This document shows positions 21,712 to 32,927 of a DNA stretch of 64,000 nucleotides, in pieces (position 1 is the first letter of the stretch; each line of letters opens with the position of its first letter). Both the position numbers and the translations under genes were made by a program. The notes beneath the pieces were generated by a model that was not told the DNA's origin, searched no databases, and worked only from the letters and a program-made list of their open reading frames with translations. Location of the stretch: assembly GCA_963696675.1 (NCBI GenBank), contig CAVOLM010000030.1, positions 2,675 through 66,674 on the forward strand. Direction: 5' to 3'. This DNA is from an uncultured Gammaproteobacteria bacterium. GTDB lineage: Bacteria; Pseudomonadota; Gammaproteobacteria; Steroidobacterales; Steroidobacteraceae.

Positions 21712-22764
21712 GTGGCGATCTTCGACAAGCTCAGGCCGCTCAAGCTGCCATTCGGCCCCAAGTCCAAGGAGGCCGAAGATGAACGTCTGGTGCAGCTTTT
21801 CAAGAACCGCGCCGGTCTCAAGAAGGCGTATGCAGACCTGCAGGACGAGGTTTACGAACTTAAGCAGCGCCTCAAGCAGCAGGAGACTGGCACCGGGAAG
21901 GCACAGGAGCAGATGGAGTCTCTCGAGACGCTGCTCGGCAATCCGCAGACCGGCTACGCTGCGCTCGTTTTCTACCAGCTACGCGGGCTCTGGCGCGCGT
22001 GCAACCTGCAGTTGGCACAGTTTGCCGGCGAACTCGAGCGCCAGCAGGAGGAACGCGAGCGACAGCGGCAGACCTTCGAATTCAACCAGCAGCTCAGGAC
22101 ACGGCTCGAAGAGCTGGACGCCCAGCTCGCCGCCGCGAACGATGTCGCTGCCGAGCGGCAACGGGTGCTGGATGATCTGACGCAACGCCTGCAGAAGCTG
22201 CGCGGCTTCTGGAACTACTTCCGCCGCCGCAAGCTGACGGCGCAGGTCAACGGTGAACGCGTACACGTCGATGCCGCCCACCAGGACTGCGCACGCTTGC
22301 GCGACGAGCACACCGCAGTCGAACAGCAACAAGCCCCGGCCTTCCCCGGCTTGTCGATGGAGGGTCGACGCGCCATCAATCTTGCGATCATCAGCTACGC
22401 CCTGGTTCTGGGCGCACGGCTCAGCACCGAAGGACTCGCCACGCGTGTACGTGAATCCATGACCAAGCGCGTGCACGAAGCGCAGTACGGCAGTCGAGAG
22501 GATTGCGAGACGCTGATGGTAGCGATTGCGCAGGCGCTGGTGGCGGTCAAGAGCCGCACGGGCTTCGCGCCGCAGATCAAGAGCTGCGTCGAGCAGCTCA
22601 AGCAGGTGGGACAGTACCGGTCAGATTCGGACAGCGTTCCGCTTGCCGACACGCTCGCCGGCGTCGCGCCGAGCGCACCCGATGGTGGAGTAATGCTGGC
22701 GCTGTCGGCGCCGCAGATTCTCGCCGACGACTACTGGAGCATCTACAGGGTGCTGCTGCGCTGA
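21712..22764 (+). CDS. Hypothetical protein, long N-terminal coiled coil, no family recognised
   Basis: A 350-aa ORF with coding-like composition. Heptad-rich region ~30-190 (..LQDEVYELKQRLKQQE.., ..ELERQQEERERQRQTFEFNQQLRTRLEELDAQL..). Confidence 0.55.
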   Translation: MAIFDKLRPLKLPFGPKSKEAEDERLVQLFKNRAGLKKAYADLQDEVYELKQRLKQQETGTGKAQEQMESLETLLGNPQTGYAALVFYQLRGLWRACNLQLAQFAGELERQQEERERQRQTFEFNQQLRTRLEELDAQLAAANDVAAERQRVLDDLTQRLQKLRGFWNYFRRRKLTAQVNGERVHVDAAHQDCARLRDEHTAVEQQQAPAFPGLSMEGRRAINLAIISYALVLGARLSTEGLATRVRESMTKRVHEAQYGSREDCETLMVAIAQALVAVKSRTGFAPQIKSCVEQLKQVGQYRSDSDSVPLADTLAGVAPSAPDGGVMLALSAPQILADDYWSIYRVLLR

Positions 22765-25700
22765 GCCTCAGCGGCGGAGATCGTCTGTCGCGGAACGTTG
22801 CGCTCTCGCGCCGCGCCGATGACCCGCCGCCGCCACTGATTCAGATCGTCGAACCACTCGTAGAAGGCGGGCACGACGAACAATGACAGCACACCCGAGA
22901 ATGCCAGCCCGCCAATGATGGCGCGCGCCATCGGAAAGTACGCCGGACCGCCGCCGCCGACGCCGCCGCCCCCAACCTGCGCATCACCGATGGCGAGCGG
23001 CAGCATTGCGAGCAGCGTGGTCAGCGTCGTCATCAGGATGGGTCGCAAGCGATCGCGTCCCGCCTGGATGATGGCGGCGTTACGCGACAGGCCGGTTGCA
23101 CGCAGGTTATTGATGTGCGCGACCAATACGATGCCGATGTTCACCACCACTCCCACCAGGATCATGATTCCCACCATCGCCATGAACGTGAACGTGGTCC
23201 CGGTGATGAAGAAGAACCAGTAGACGCCGACGATGGCGAACACGATCGAGGTGATGATCGACAGCGGATAGAGCGCCGATTCGAACAGCGACGCCATGAC
23301 GAGAAAGATCATCGCAACCCCGAGCCCGATGCTGATGAGCATGACCTGCTGAGTCTCATCGTTCTGCTCGAACCCGCGGCCGAACTTCCACGTGTAGCCG
23401 GGCGGCAGCGTAATTTGCTCCATGAATGCTGTAACGCGCTCTTTCACATCCTCGAGCGTGGCCCCGGTCTTGAGATTGGCCGCGATGACGACCGCGGTGA
23501 GCCGGTTTACGCGCGTGATCTGACGCGGTCCGCGCGCGACGCGAAATTCCGCCACCGAACCGAGGGTGATGCGCCCGCCACTCGGGAGATACAGCGGCAG
23601 GCGCATCAGGTCCTCGATGTTTTGCCGGTCGGAGGCGCGGAAGGTCAGGCGCATGTCCACTTCACGCTCGGGGCCACGAAACTCCTTCAGCTTGTCGCCG
23701 CGCATGGCAACGGCGACGGAACCGGCCACTTCTTCGGTGCTGAGGCCAAGCTCGGCGGCACGTTCGCGGTCGACGATGATCTGTACTTCCTCTTCGCCGT
23801 TGCGCGCCTCGGAGCGCACGCTTTCCAGGCCGTCGATGGAATTGAGCTGACGTGCGAGCTCCTGGCTGAGCTCGGTCAGGCGCTCGGTCGATTCGCCGGC
23901 GAGCTGCATGCTGAATCCGCCACCACCCGAATCCTGGTCGAACGAAAAACTTGGCTTGCCGATGATGATCTCGGGCATCTCCTTGGTGATCTCGGCAATG
24001 ATTTCTTTCGTTTCCTTCTTTGCTTCGCCCTTGGGCGTAAGGGTCATGAAGGTGGCCGCCTCGTCAGGCCGAAAGTAGGAATAGAGCGTCTGGATCTCGA
24101 ACCGTTCGCGGTTCTTCTCGAGATATCCTTCGACGAGGTTTACCGCCGACTCCACCCGCTGCAAGGGAAACGTGCCGTCGATGTGGTACGCCATGACGAG
24201 ATTGCGACCGGAGTCGGGCGGGAACATGTCGTTCTTGACCTGCATGGCCGGCAGCACGACTGAACCCAGGACCAGCACGATGCCGCCTGCAGTCCACCAC
24301 TTGTGCTCGAGCGTCCAGCCAAGCGCACGCGCGTAGCGCTCGCGTACGCGTCCCAGGAGCGTACCGGTGCCGATGGGCGGCGGAATCGGAAAGCGCACCG
24401 TCAGCATCGGAATCAGTGTCTGTGCGACGAGGAGCGAGGCGATCATGGCCACCACGATCGGTATTGCGACGTGCGCCAGGAAAATCGTCGCTTCGGTGCG
24501 TTCGCCAAACAGCAGCGGCAGGAACACGGCTACCGAACTCGCGGTGCCTGCTGTGACTGCAATGCCGACGTCGCGCACGCCGGCGAGCGTCGCCTCCGTG
24601 GGCCGATCAGGGGTCATCTGCCGGTGTCGGAAAATGCTCTCGGTGATGACCACGGCGTTGTCTACGAGCATACCGATGGCGAGCAGCATGCCCATCATCG
24701 ACAGGATATTGATCGACAGGCCGAGGAAATACATCGCGGCGAGGGTGATCACGAGCGAGAAGGGCACGGCCAGCGTCACGATCAGCGTCGTGGGCAGATC
24801 GCGCAGGAATGCAAACAGCACCAGGAAGGCCAGCGTTGCGCCGATCAGCCCCGCAGTTCGTAGTTCCTTGAGGGACGCAATGATGGCGGCAGCCTGGTCG
24901 CCGATGATGAGCAGCTCGATGCCTTGCATCTGCGGCAGCTCGCGCGCCGAATCGACGACCTTGAGCGCACGCTCGACGACATCGACAACGTTCGCCTGTG
25001 TTGTCTTGTAAACCTCGAGCCCCACAGCCGGACGGTGATTGAGATGGCGGCCCATCTCGCGCTCCGGGCTCAGGAGCTCCACGCTCGCTACATCTGCAAG
25101 GCGCACGTTGCCCTGCAGGACGAGGTTGCGGATGTCATCGAGGGTGCGGAACTCGCCGATGGGGCGCACGTTGAAGCGCTGTCCCCGCTCGGTGATCTCG
25201 CCCGCACTGACTGAGAAGTTACTGCGCTCGAGGAGCTCGCGCAGGTCGCGCACGTCGATGCCATGTGCAGCTACGCGTCCGGCGTCGACCAGGATACGCA
25301 CCTCGCGGGGCTCGACACCGGCAAGCTCCACGCGCGCCACGCCGTTGAGCCGTTCGACCGGGCGCTTGAGGTAGCGCTCCAGGGTGTCGTAGGCGTCGGA
25401 CAGATCCTGATCGGCGGCGATGCGCACCTGCAGAATCGGCTGGTCGCCGAGTGAGCCGGCGAAAATGAGCATGCGGTCTGCGCCCGGCGGGAGCTGGCTG
25501 CGAATCGCATCGAGCTTGGTGCGGACCTGGAACCCAACGGCGTCGAAATCCGTCCCCCAATCGAATGAGATCTCGATCTGCGCCTGGTTCTCGCTGGATG
25601 TGGAACGGATCTCCTGGATGCCACTCAGGGTCGCGAGGGCTTCCTCCACTGGACGGGTGATCTGCTCCTCGATTTCCTGCGGCGTGGAGCCTGCATAGGG

Positions 25701-25847
25701 AATCGTGACCTGCATGCCCGGAAACTGGATATCGGGAAACTGTTCCAGCGGCAGCAGGCGTGCCGCGATCACCCCGATCAGCGTCACCGCGAGGAACACC
25801 ATCACGGTCGTGACGGGGCGACGCAGGGCGACGTCGGTATGGATCAT
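22743..25847 (-). CDS. RND efflux transporter permease (second of two; MdtC-like position)
   Basis: 1034 aa with AcrB/HAE1-type architecture: 12 TM helices and two large periplasmic loops. Its start overlaps the upstream RND stop. Confidence 0.9.
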   Translation of the reverse strand: MIHTDVALRRPVTTVMVFLAVTLIGVIAARLLPLEQFPDIQFPGMQVTIPYAGSTPQEIEEQITRPVEEALATLSGIQEIRSTSSENQAQIEISFDWGTDFDAVGFQVRTKLDAIRSQLPPGADRMLIFAGSLGDQPILQVRIAADQDLSDAYDTLERYLKRPVERLNGVARVELAGVEPREVRILVDAGRVAAHGIDVRDLRELLERSNFSVSAGEITERGQRFNVRPIGEFRTLDDIRNLVLQGNVRLADVASVELLSPEREMGRHLNHRPAVGLEVYKTTQANVVDVVERALKVVDSARELPQMQGIELLIIGDQAAAIIASLKELRTAGLIGATLAFLVLFAFLRDLPTTLIVTLAVPFSLVITLAAMYFLGLSINILSMMGMLLAIGMLVDNAVVITESIFRHRQMTPDRPTEATLAGVRDVGIAVTAGTASSVAVFLPLLFGERTEATIFLAHVAIPIVVAMIASLLVAQTLIPMLTVRFPIPPPIGTGTLLGRVRERYARALGWTLEHKWWTAGGIVLVLGSVVLPAMQVKNDMFPPDSGRNLVMAYHIDGTFPLQRVESAVNLVEGYLEKNRERFEIQTLYSYFRPDEAATFMTLTPKGEAKKETKEIIAEITKEMPEIIIGKPSFSFDQDSGGGGFSMQLAGESTERLTELSQELARQLNSIDGLESVRSEARNGEEEVQIIVDRERAAELGLSTEEVAGSVAVAMRGDKLKEFRGPEREVDMRLTFRASDRQNIEDLMRLPLYLPSGGRITLGSVAEFRVARGPRQITRVNRLTAVVIAANLKTGATLEDVKERVTAFMEQITLPPGYTWKFGRGFEQNDETQQVMLISIGLGVAMIFLVMASLFESALYPLSIITSIVFAIVGVYWFFFITGTTFTFMAMVGIMILVGVVVNIGIVLVAHINNLRATGLSRNAAIIQAGRDRLRPILMTTLTTLLAMLPLAIGDAQVGGGGVGGGGPAYFPMARAIIGGLAFSGVLSLFVVPAFYEWFDDLNQWRRRVIGAARERNVPRQTISAAEAQRSSTL

Positions 25848-28800
25848 GGACGGCTCGGCTCAGCGGCAGTCTCTTCGCGGGTCGCGACAGCGCGCTCGCG
25901 CACCATGAGCGAATACACGACCGGGATGACGACCAGCGTCAGGAGCGTCGACACGGTCATGCCGCCGATCACCGTAATCGCCATCGGCGTGCGCACTTCT
26001 GCGCCGTCGCCGAAGCCGAGCGCCATCGGCACCAGCCCGAGGATCGTGCTCACCGTCGTGATGACGATGGGACGCAGACGGGCCCGGGCGGCAAACAGGA
26101 TCGCGGCGTGCTTGTCGAGACCGCGCTGGCGCGCGCGGTTCACGGCATCGATGAGGACGATCGCGTTGTTCACGACGATGCCCGTCAGCATGATGATGCC
26201 GATCATTGCCACGACGCTGATGGTGGTCGAGGTGAGAAACAACGCCCACACCACACCGATCAGGCCGAGCGGAATCGTGAACAGGATGACGAAGGGCTGG
26301 ACGAGTGATTCGAACTGCGATGCCATCACCAGGTACACGAGCAGCACAGCGAGAGCGAGCGTAAAGGTCAGAGACCGCAGGCTGTCCTGCATCTCCTCGC
26401 TCTGCCCGGACAGGTAACTGCTCACGCCCGGCGGCAACTCGACCTGACCGAGCATGGCTTGCAGGTCCTTGACCGCTGCTCCCAGATCGCTCCCGGTGTA
26501 GCTTGCCGAAACGACTGCGACGCGTTCCTGCCCGATGCGGCGAATCTCGGCAGGCCCGACCGAGAGCGTCACCTCGGCGACCGCGCTCAACGGCACCGGC
26601 TGCTCGCTGCCCGGGTTGATGATGAGATTGCGGATCTCCTCGATGGAGGCTGCGCGCGCGTGCACGCTGCGCACCAGCACATCGATCTGCTTGTCGCGCA
26701 ACCGGTAACGCGTCGCCACTTCGCCGCGCACGCTGGTGACGATGCGATTGGCGATGTCGCGCACCTTGAGTCCAAGACGCATGGCACGGTCCTGGTCGAA
26801 TACGATCTGGATCTCGGGGTTCTCCGCTTCCACGGTCGAGCGGATGTCGGTGTACGTGCCAGCAGCATCCATGCGAGCGCGAACCTGCTCGGCGACGGTT
26901 CGCAGGCGATCCAGGTCATAGCCACTCACGACGACTTCGAGCGGCGTACTGAAGGTGAACAGCGACGGGCGGCTGAACTGGTATTGCAGCCCCGCGACCG
27001 CGTCCAGGTGCGGCCGCAATGCCGTGATCGAGGCGTTCTCCTCCGCGCGGCCGGATCCCGGAAGCAGCGTGATGCTCAGCTTGCCCGTGTTCTCGCCGGC
27101 ATCCACGGGGTTCGCATCGAGGCGATTGCCCGTGCCAGCGACGGAATAGGACAGGTCCACGCCTCCGATCTGCATGGCAGCACGCTGCGCACTCTCGACG
27201 ACACGGTCGGTCTGATCGAGCGGTGTGCCCGGTGGCAGACGCAGATCCACGTTGTACTCGCCCTGCGAGAGCTGTGGGATGAGCTCGGTTCCGAGCCGGG
27301 GCACGAGCGCGAAGGTGAGCAGCGATAGCACCAGGGCCGCCGCAATTACCCGGCCACGGTGTATGAGCGACCACTCGAGCAGTGGCACATAAGCCTCTTC
27401 CAGCCGGCGATAGGATTTCTGGGTAACCCACACGAAAGGCGTGAAGATCGTCCTGAAGAAGCCCGAAATGGCGCGGCCGGCGCGACCCATGAACGCCGCA
27501 ACGAAGGAAATGCCCCGCGCAAATCGCCCCAGGGGGCGCTGTGCAGCACTGGATGCCTCGCCAGTCGTTGCGGCCCGCGACCAGCATCGGCACGACAGTC
27601 AGGCCCACGAGCAGCGACAGAATGTGGCCGTAGGTGACCGTGAGAGCCTGGTCGCGAAACAGCTGGCCGGCGATGCCGCTGATGAACACCATCGGAAAGA
27701 ACACCGCGATCGATGTCAGCGTCGAAGCGGTGACCGCCATCGCCACCTCACTGGTCCCGGAACGTGCGGCCTCGAAGGCTCCTAGGCCCGCCTCGCGCTT
27801 CTTCGTGATGCTCTCGAGAATCACGACCGACGTGTCGACCAGGGTGCCGACCGAGAGCGCGATTCCACCCAGCGACATGATGTTGAGCGTCACGCCGGAG
27901 AGGTACATGAGCATGAACGTGCCGATCACCGACACTGGAATCACGATGCCCGCCACGTACGTAGCGCGTGCATCGCGCAGGAAGAAATACAACACCAGGA
28001 TGGACAGCAGCCCGCCGATCACCGCGGCATCGCGCACCTCGCCGATCGCCGACGAAATGAATTTCGACTGGTCGTAGACCGGGATGATCTCGGTCTGCGA
28101 TGGCAGCGTCTTGCGCAGCGCTTCGATACGCTCCATGAGCGCCTTGGCGAGTTGCACGGTGTTGGCATCGCCCTCCTTGTAGACGGCGAGCTCGACCGAC
28201 TCGCGGCCCTTCACGCGGGTGACGGCCTCGCGTTCCTTGTGGCCGTGCGTCACGGTGGCGACGTCGCGCAGGTAAACCGGTTGTCCGTCGACCGCGGCAA
28301 TGATGGCGCCGGACATCTCCTCGATGCTCTGGAACTCATTGAGCGTGCGCACCAGGAAACGCTGTGTGCCCTGCTCGAGGCGTCCGCCGGAGAGGTTCAC
28401 GTTTTCGGCGCGCAAGCGACTGGCCACGGTTTCGATCGAGAGACCGAGCTGCGCCAGCTTCTGCTGATCGACGAACACCTGGATCTCGTCCTCGTAGCCG
28501 CCGCTCACCTTGACCGCGGCGGAGCCCGGCACGGCCTCGAGATCCGGCTTCAGACGATCTTCGGCGAAGCGCCGGAGAAACTTGAGCCGCTCTTCGCTGT
28601 TGACTGGAGCTCGGCCGTTGGCGTCAATCTTCTCGAGCAGTGCGAAGCGCATCACCGGCTCGGTCGAGGGATCGAAGCGCAACAGCAGCGGGCGCTTCGC
28701 TTCGAGCGGGAGTTGCAGCAGGTCGAGCTTCTCGCGCACCTCGATGCCCGCCAGATCCATGTCCGTGCCCCAGACGAACTCCAGGGTCACGTCCGACTGA

Positions 28801-29060
28801 CCGGAACGCGATACGGAACGCACCTGGCGGACATTGCGAATGATCCCGACCGCCTCTTCGACCGGTCGTGTGATCAGGTTCTCGATCTCCAGGGGTGCAG
28901 CCCCGACGAGCTCCGTGCGCACGGTGAGCGTCGGATAGGAGAGATCGGGCAGGAGATTCACTTTCAGGCGCGCCAGCGATACAAAGCCGAACAGCGCGAT
29001 CGCCACCATGCACATGACGATGGTGACGCGCCGGCGAGTGGCGAAGTCTACGAGTTGCAT
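25844..29060 (-). CDS. RND efflux transporter permease (first of two; MdtB-like position); one frame break near 27540-27575
   Basis: ORFs 26916-29060 and 25844-27490 are collinear halves of one AcrB-family protein. The break falls in ..VPMLVAGR / ..QRPLGRFARGISFVAAF.., next to a C5/G5 run. Confidence 0.85.
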
Positions 29061-29111
29061 GGTTGTGGCCCCGTAAGCGGAATGCGCGCGATGGAAAACG
29101 CCGCCGCGCTC

Positions 29112-30182
29112 TCAGCGCTGTGAAGTGGGGGATTCGAGCTCTACGACGCGCACTGCATTGCCGCTCTTCAGGCCGCCCTGACCGACGACGACGACCTGTT
29201 CCTGGCCCTTGAGGCCGGTAGTCACCTCCACCAGTCCATCGTTCGTGAGTCCCACGGTGATATGGCGCTGCTGCGCCTTGCCGCCTTCGACGACGAACAC
29301 GCTCGCCTGCCCCTCGTCATCGACGATGGCGGTACGCGGGATCTGCAGAGCCTGTTCGCGTCGCTCGTAGATGATTCCAATGCGCGCGAACATGCCTGGC
29401 TTCAGACGCTCGCTCGGATCATCGACTTCGATCGTGACTTTGAAGGTCGCCGTTTCGGGATCGACCACCGGGCTCAAACGCGCCACGTGACCGATGAAGG
29501 TCTGCTTGGGCACGGCATCCACCTGTATGGAGGCGGGCTGGTTGGGCTTGAGGCGTTCCAGCTCGCGCTCCGGCACGTGCACGTACACGATCAGCGGCTT
29601 GAGGTCTGTGACTCGAAACAGGACATCGTTGGGCTTGATGGTGTTGCCGACCTTGACCAGCCGTTGCGCGACGACGCCGTCGATCGGGGCGCGGATTTCC
29701 GTATACGAGAGCTGCAGGCGCGTGAGTTCGTATGCGGCACGCTGCGCGTCGACCTCGTACTTCAGATTTTCGAAAGCTCCGGGAGAGACGAGTCCCTTCT
29801 CGTGCAATTCGACATTGCGCCGATAGTCGCGCTCGAGCTTGGCGAGGGTGGCGTTGGCCTTGTCAGCCTCGAGCCTGAGCTGATCGCCATCGAGTCGTGC
29901 GAGCACCTGGCCGGCGCGAACGGTCTGTCCTTCCTCCACCAGGATTGCCCGGACCTCGCCGCCCACCTTGGCGACCACCGATGCCTCCTGGTCCGCTTCG
30001 AGCGAGGCTGTCCCGGAATAGATCGCGACCATGCCGCCACGCTTGGGCGTGCGGACTTCGACAGGAATCGCAGGAGCTTCCTTGTCCTTGGCATCGGGGG
30101 TTTTGCCGTTCGCTCGCTCGCCGCAGGCGGTCAAGACGGAGGTCAGCGTGAGAATGACGAACAACAACCACTGCTTGTACAT
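29112..30182 (-). CDS. RND efflux periplasmic adaptor (membrane fusion protein), lipoprotein
   Basis: Lipobox LTSVLTAC, then biotinyl-lipoyl, coiled-coil hairpin and beta-barrel regions typical of the HlyD/AcrA family. Confidence 0.9.
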   Translation of the reverse strand: MYKQWLLFVILTLTSVLTACGERANGKTPDAKDKEAPAIPVEVRTPKRGGMVAIYSGTASLEADQEASVVAKVGGEVRAILVEEGQTVRAGQVLARLDGDQLRLEADKANATLAKLERDYRRNVELHEKGLVSPGAFENLKYEVDAQRAAYELTRLQLSYTEIRAPIDGVVAQRLVKVGNTIKPNDVLFRVTDLKPLIVYVHVPERELERLKPNQPASIQVDAVPKQTFIGHVARLSPVVDPETATFKVTIEVDDPSERLKPGMFARIGIIYERREQALQIPRTAIVDDEGQASVFVVEGGKAQQRHITVGLTNDGLVEVTTGLKGQEQVVVVGQGGLKSGNAVRVVELESPTSQR

Positions 30183-30350
30183 ACGGCCTCCCAGCGCTGC
30201 CCACTTTTATGAGTTGGATCAGCGGGTTACGTCGCACGTACGTGCTTTCAGTGCGCGTGCGTGCTTGAGCTGGGGCGAATGCTACAAGTAGTTTAGTGTT
30301 ATAGTCAAGTATAACAGTGGGCAGGCCGCCTATCGGACCCGGGGAAGCGC

Positions 30351-32462
30351 TCAGCTGCCTTTGGCTGCTTGGGCCACCAAGGGCACAGAAGTCATGTCTG
30401 CGACGATCTGGCTCGCTTCTGTGAGCACCACATCGGCAGTTTCGTTGTCAGTGATCTCTTCGATGGTCGCGAGCGGTTTGAGGCCGTGGGCGGCGCGTCG
30501 CGCGTTCTCGCGGGCGAGCCGTTCCTTGTCGAGCGCCGTGCGTTCCTGTTCCCGAGCTTTCAGATTGAGGGATACCGAAGTCTGCTGGCGCAGCCGATCC
30601 ACAGAGGCCACGTCGTCTACGAGGCTGCGGAAGTCAGGGTCAACTGCCGCCCGCTGATCGTGAATGCGGCTCAACTGCGTCACCGCAGGAGCCAGGTTGC
30701 CGCGATCATTGAACGGAACCGCCGCGATGCGATCCCAGGGCAGGGCGCTGCCGCGAGTGTTTTCTCCCACTTCGTCGGCGCTGATGAGTGATGGCATGAC
30801 GATATCGGGCGTGACGCCGTGGTTCTGCGTGCTGTCGCCAGTGACGCGGTAGAACTTGCCGATCGTGATCGTCAGCTGTCCGAACTCGGGCTTCGGTCCG
30901 AGCGCGAACCGATCGAGCGGAATGAGGTTCTGCACGGTCCCCTTGCCGTAGGTCTGCTGTCCGATGACCAGGCCTCGTCCGTAGTCCTGAATTGCCGCAG
31001 CGAAAATTTCCGACGCCGAAGCACTGAAACGGTCGACCAGTACGGCCAGTGGACCGGTGTAGGCGGGTTCCGGCTCCGGATCATCGAGGACCTCGACGGT
31101 TCCACCGGTCTCGCGCAGCTGCACGACCGGCCCACCCTTGATGAACAAACCAGTGAGTCCAGTAGCTTCCGGTAGCGATCCGCCGCCGTTGTTGCGCAGG
31201 TCGATGAGCAACCCGTCGATGCCGGTAGTCTTGAGCTCTGCGATCAGATTGCGCACGTCGCGCGTGGTGCTGCGATAGTTGCGATCCCCGGCGGCGCGCG
31301 CCTCGTAGTCCTGGTAGAAGCTCGGCACGGTGATCACGCCGATCGACAGCTCCCGATCGCCACGATGCACCTTGCGGATTTCCTTGTGAGCCGCCTGCGC
31401 TTCGAGCGTCACCTTGTTGCGCGTGTATTCGATCATCTTCTCGTTGCCCGGTGCGGCGCCCGCCGGCAACACCTGTAATCGAACCACTGAGTTGATCGGG
31501 CCGCGGATGAGTTGTACGACATCATCCAGGCGCCAGCCGATCACGTCGGTCAGCGGGCCGTCACGCCCCTGGCCGACTCCCGTAATGCGGTCGTTTGCAT
31601 TGAGCTGATTGGACTGGGAAGCGGGGCCGCCCGGCAGGATGCTCAGCACCGTCACGTAATCGTCCACGAGCTGCAGCGATGCACCGATCCCTTCGTAGGA
31701 AAGGCTCATCGCGATGCGATACTCCTCCGAGTTGCGCGGCGAGAAGTAGCTCGAATGCGGGTCGTACGCGCGCGCATACGCATTCATGAAGTTCTCGAAC
31801 ACATCGTCGGCCGAAATCTGGTCGATGCGCTTGAGCACCCGTTCGTAGCGCTTGCGCAGGATGTCGGCCGCTTCGGTCCAGTTCTTCCCGGCGAGCCGCA
31901 ATGTCAGTCCGTCGTTCTTCACACGCTTGCGCCACAGCTCGTTCATCTCCGCAGCGGTCGCCGGCCACGGTGCCTTTTCGCGATCGAACTCGAACGATTC
32001 GTTGAGCGTGTAGTCCGGCTCCTGGTCAAGGAGGCCGATGGCGTAAGTCATGCGCTCGCGGTTGCGCTGGCGAAAGCGATCGAAAACCGTAAAGGCGGGC
32101 TCGAGCGCGCCGGTCTTGATGGCGTCATCGAACCTCAGCCGCAACCGCTCGAATTCGGCGACATCGCTCGCCATGAAATAGCTGCGCGCGCCGTCGAGTG
32201 ATTCCAGGTACAGGTCGAAGATCTTCGACGACATCTTGTCATCGAGCGACACCTGCGCGTAATGCGCGCGATCGAGGTTCTCGTACACGCGTCGCGCGAT
32301 GCTGCGATGTCGATCGGTTGGCTGCAGGGGTGCAACCGTTCCCACCGCGGCATTGGCGACTGCCGGCAAGGGTGGTTGCGCCGAGCCGCCAACACCGATG
32401 GCGAGAAACAGCGCAAGGACGAGAAAAACGATCCGACGCGGGGCGAAGGTATGCATGTGCAT
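30351..32462 (-). CDS. prc: Tail-specific (C-terminal processing) protease, S41A
   Basis: PDZ region ..VLSILPGGPA.. followed by LIDLRNNGGGSL and SASASEIFAAAIQDYGRGLVIGQQTYGKGTVQ. Start chosen at an ATG before the signal peptide; the exact start is uncertain. Confidence 0.9.
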   Translation of the reverse strand: MHMHTFAPRRIVFLVLALFLAIGVGGSAQPPLPAVANAAVGTVAPLQPTDRHRSIARRVYENLDRAHYAQVSLDDKMSSKIFDLYLESLDGARSYFMASDVAEFERLRLRFDDAIKTGALEPAFTVFDRFRQRNRERMTYAIGLLDQEPDYTLNESFEFDREKAPWPATAAEMNELWRKRVKNDGLTLRLAGKNWTEAADILRKRYERVLKRIDQISADDVFENFMNAYARAYDPHSSYFSPRNSEEYRIAMSLSYEGIGASLQLVDDYVTVLSILPGGPASQSNQLNANDRITGVGQGRDGPLTDVIGWRLDDVVQLIRGPINSVVRLQVLPAGAAPGNEKMIEYTRNKVTLEAQAAHKEIRKVHRGDRELSIGVITVPSFYQDYEARAAGDRNYRSTTRDVRNLIAELKTTGIDGLLIDLRNNGGGSLPEATGLTGLFIKGGPVVQLRETGGTVEVLDDPEPEPAYTGPLAVLVDRFSASASEIFAAAIQDYGRGLVIGQQTYGKGTVQNLIPLDRFALGPKPEFGQLTITIGKFYRVTGDSTQNHGVTPDIVMPSLISADEVGENTRGSALPWDRIAAVPFNDRGNLAPAVTQLSRIHDQRAAVDPDFRSLVDDVASVDRLRQQTSVSLNLKAREQERTALDKERLARENARRAAHGLKPLATIEEITDNETADVVLTEASQIVADMTSVPLVAQAAKGS

Positions 32463-32572
32463 CCGTTTGACAGCGGCTGGGCGGCCCAAATTCCCTGATA
32501 AACTCGCCGTCTAGGCTAGAAGGCCGCGGTCGCCCGATCAAGTGCGATCACGCCAGTTGTGCACCGATCGAC

Positions 32573-32866
32573 ATGCGACCACTAACCGTTCTCATCGGCA
32601 TCATCCTGGGATCCACGGTGGCGATCGCCCTGGGCCTCACCATGGTGCTGATTGTGTTCCTGATTCTGGGCAACGACGAGCCCCAGCTTCGGACCGAATT
32701 CCGTCCCCTCCTGCAGAGCGCTGCGGTGTTCACCGGGCTGGCCGCGGTCGCAGCCGCGAGTTTCGCGGGAAGCCTGCGGCAGCTGCACTGGCGGCGCTGG
32801 GCGATCGGTGCGCTCTGGATGGGCTTGGTTCTGGTCGCCTGGTTCTATTGGCCACGCATCGTCTAG
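32573..32866 (+). CDS. Small hypothetical membrane protein
   Basis: 97 aa with three to four hydrophobic helices; no family recognised. Confidence 0.45.
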   Translation: MRPLTVLIGIILGSTVAIALGLTMVLIVFLILGNDEPQLRTEFRPLLQSAAVFTGLAAVAAASFAGSLRQLHWRRWAIGALWMGLVLVAWFYWPRIV

Positions 32867-32927
32867 GCGGCCGAAGTCAGAATTAACCGAATGAAAAATT
32901 CACAAAAACGAGAAAGGAGAACAGGGT

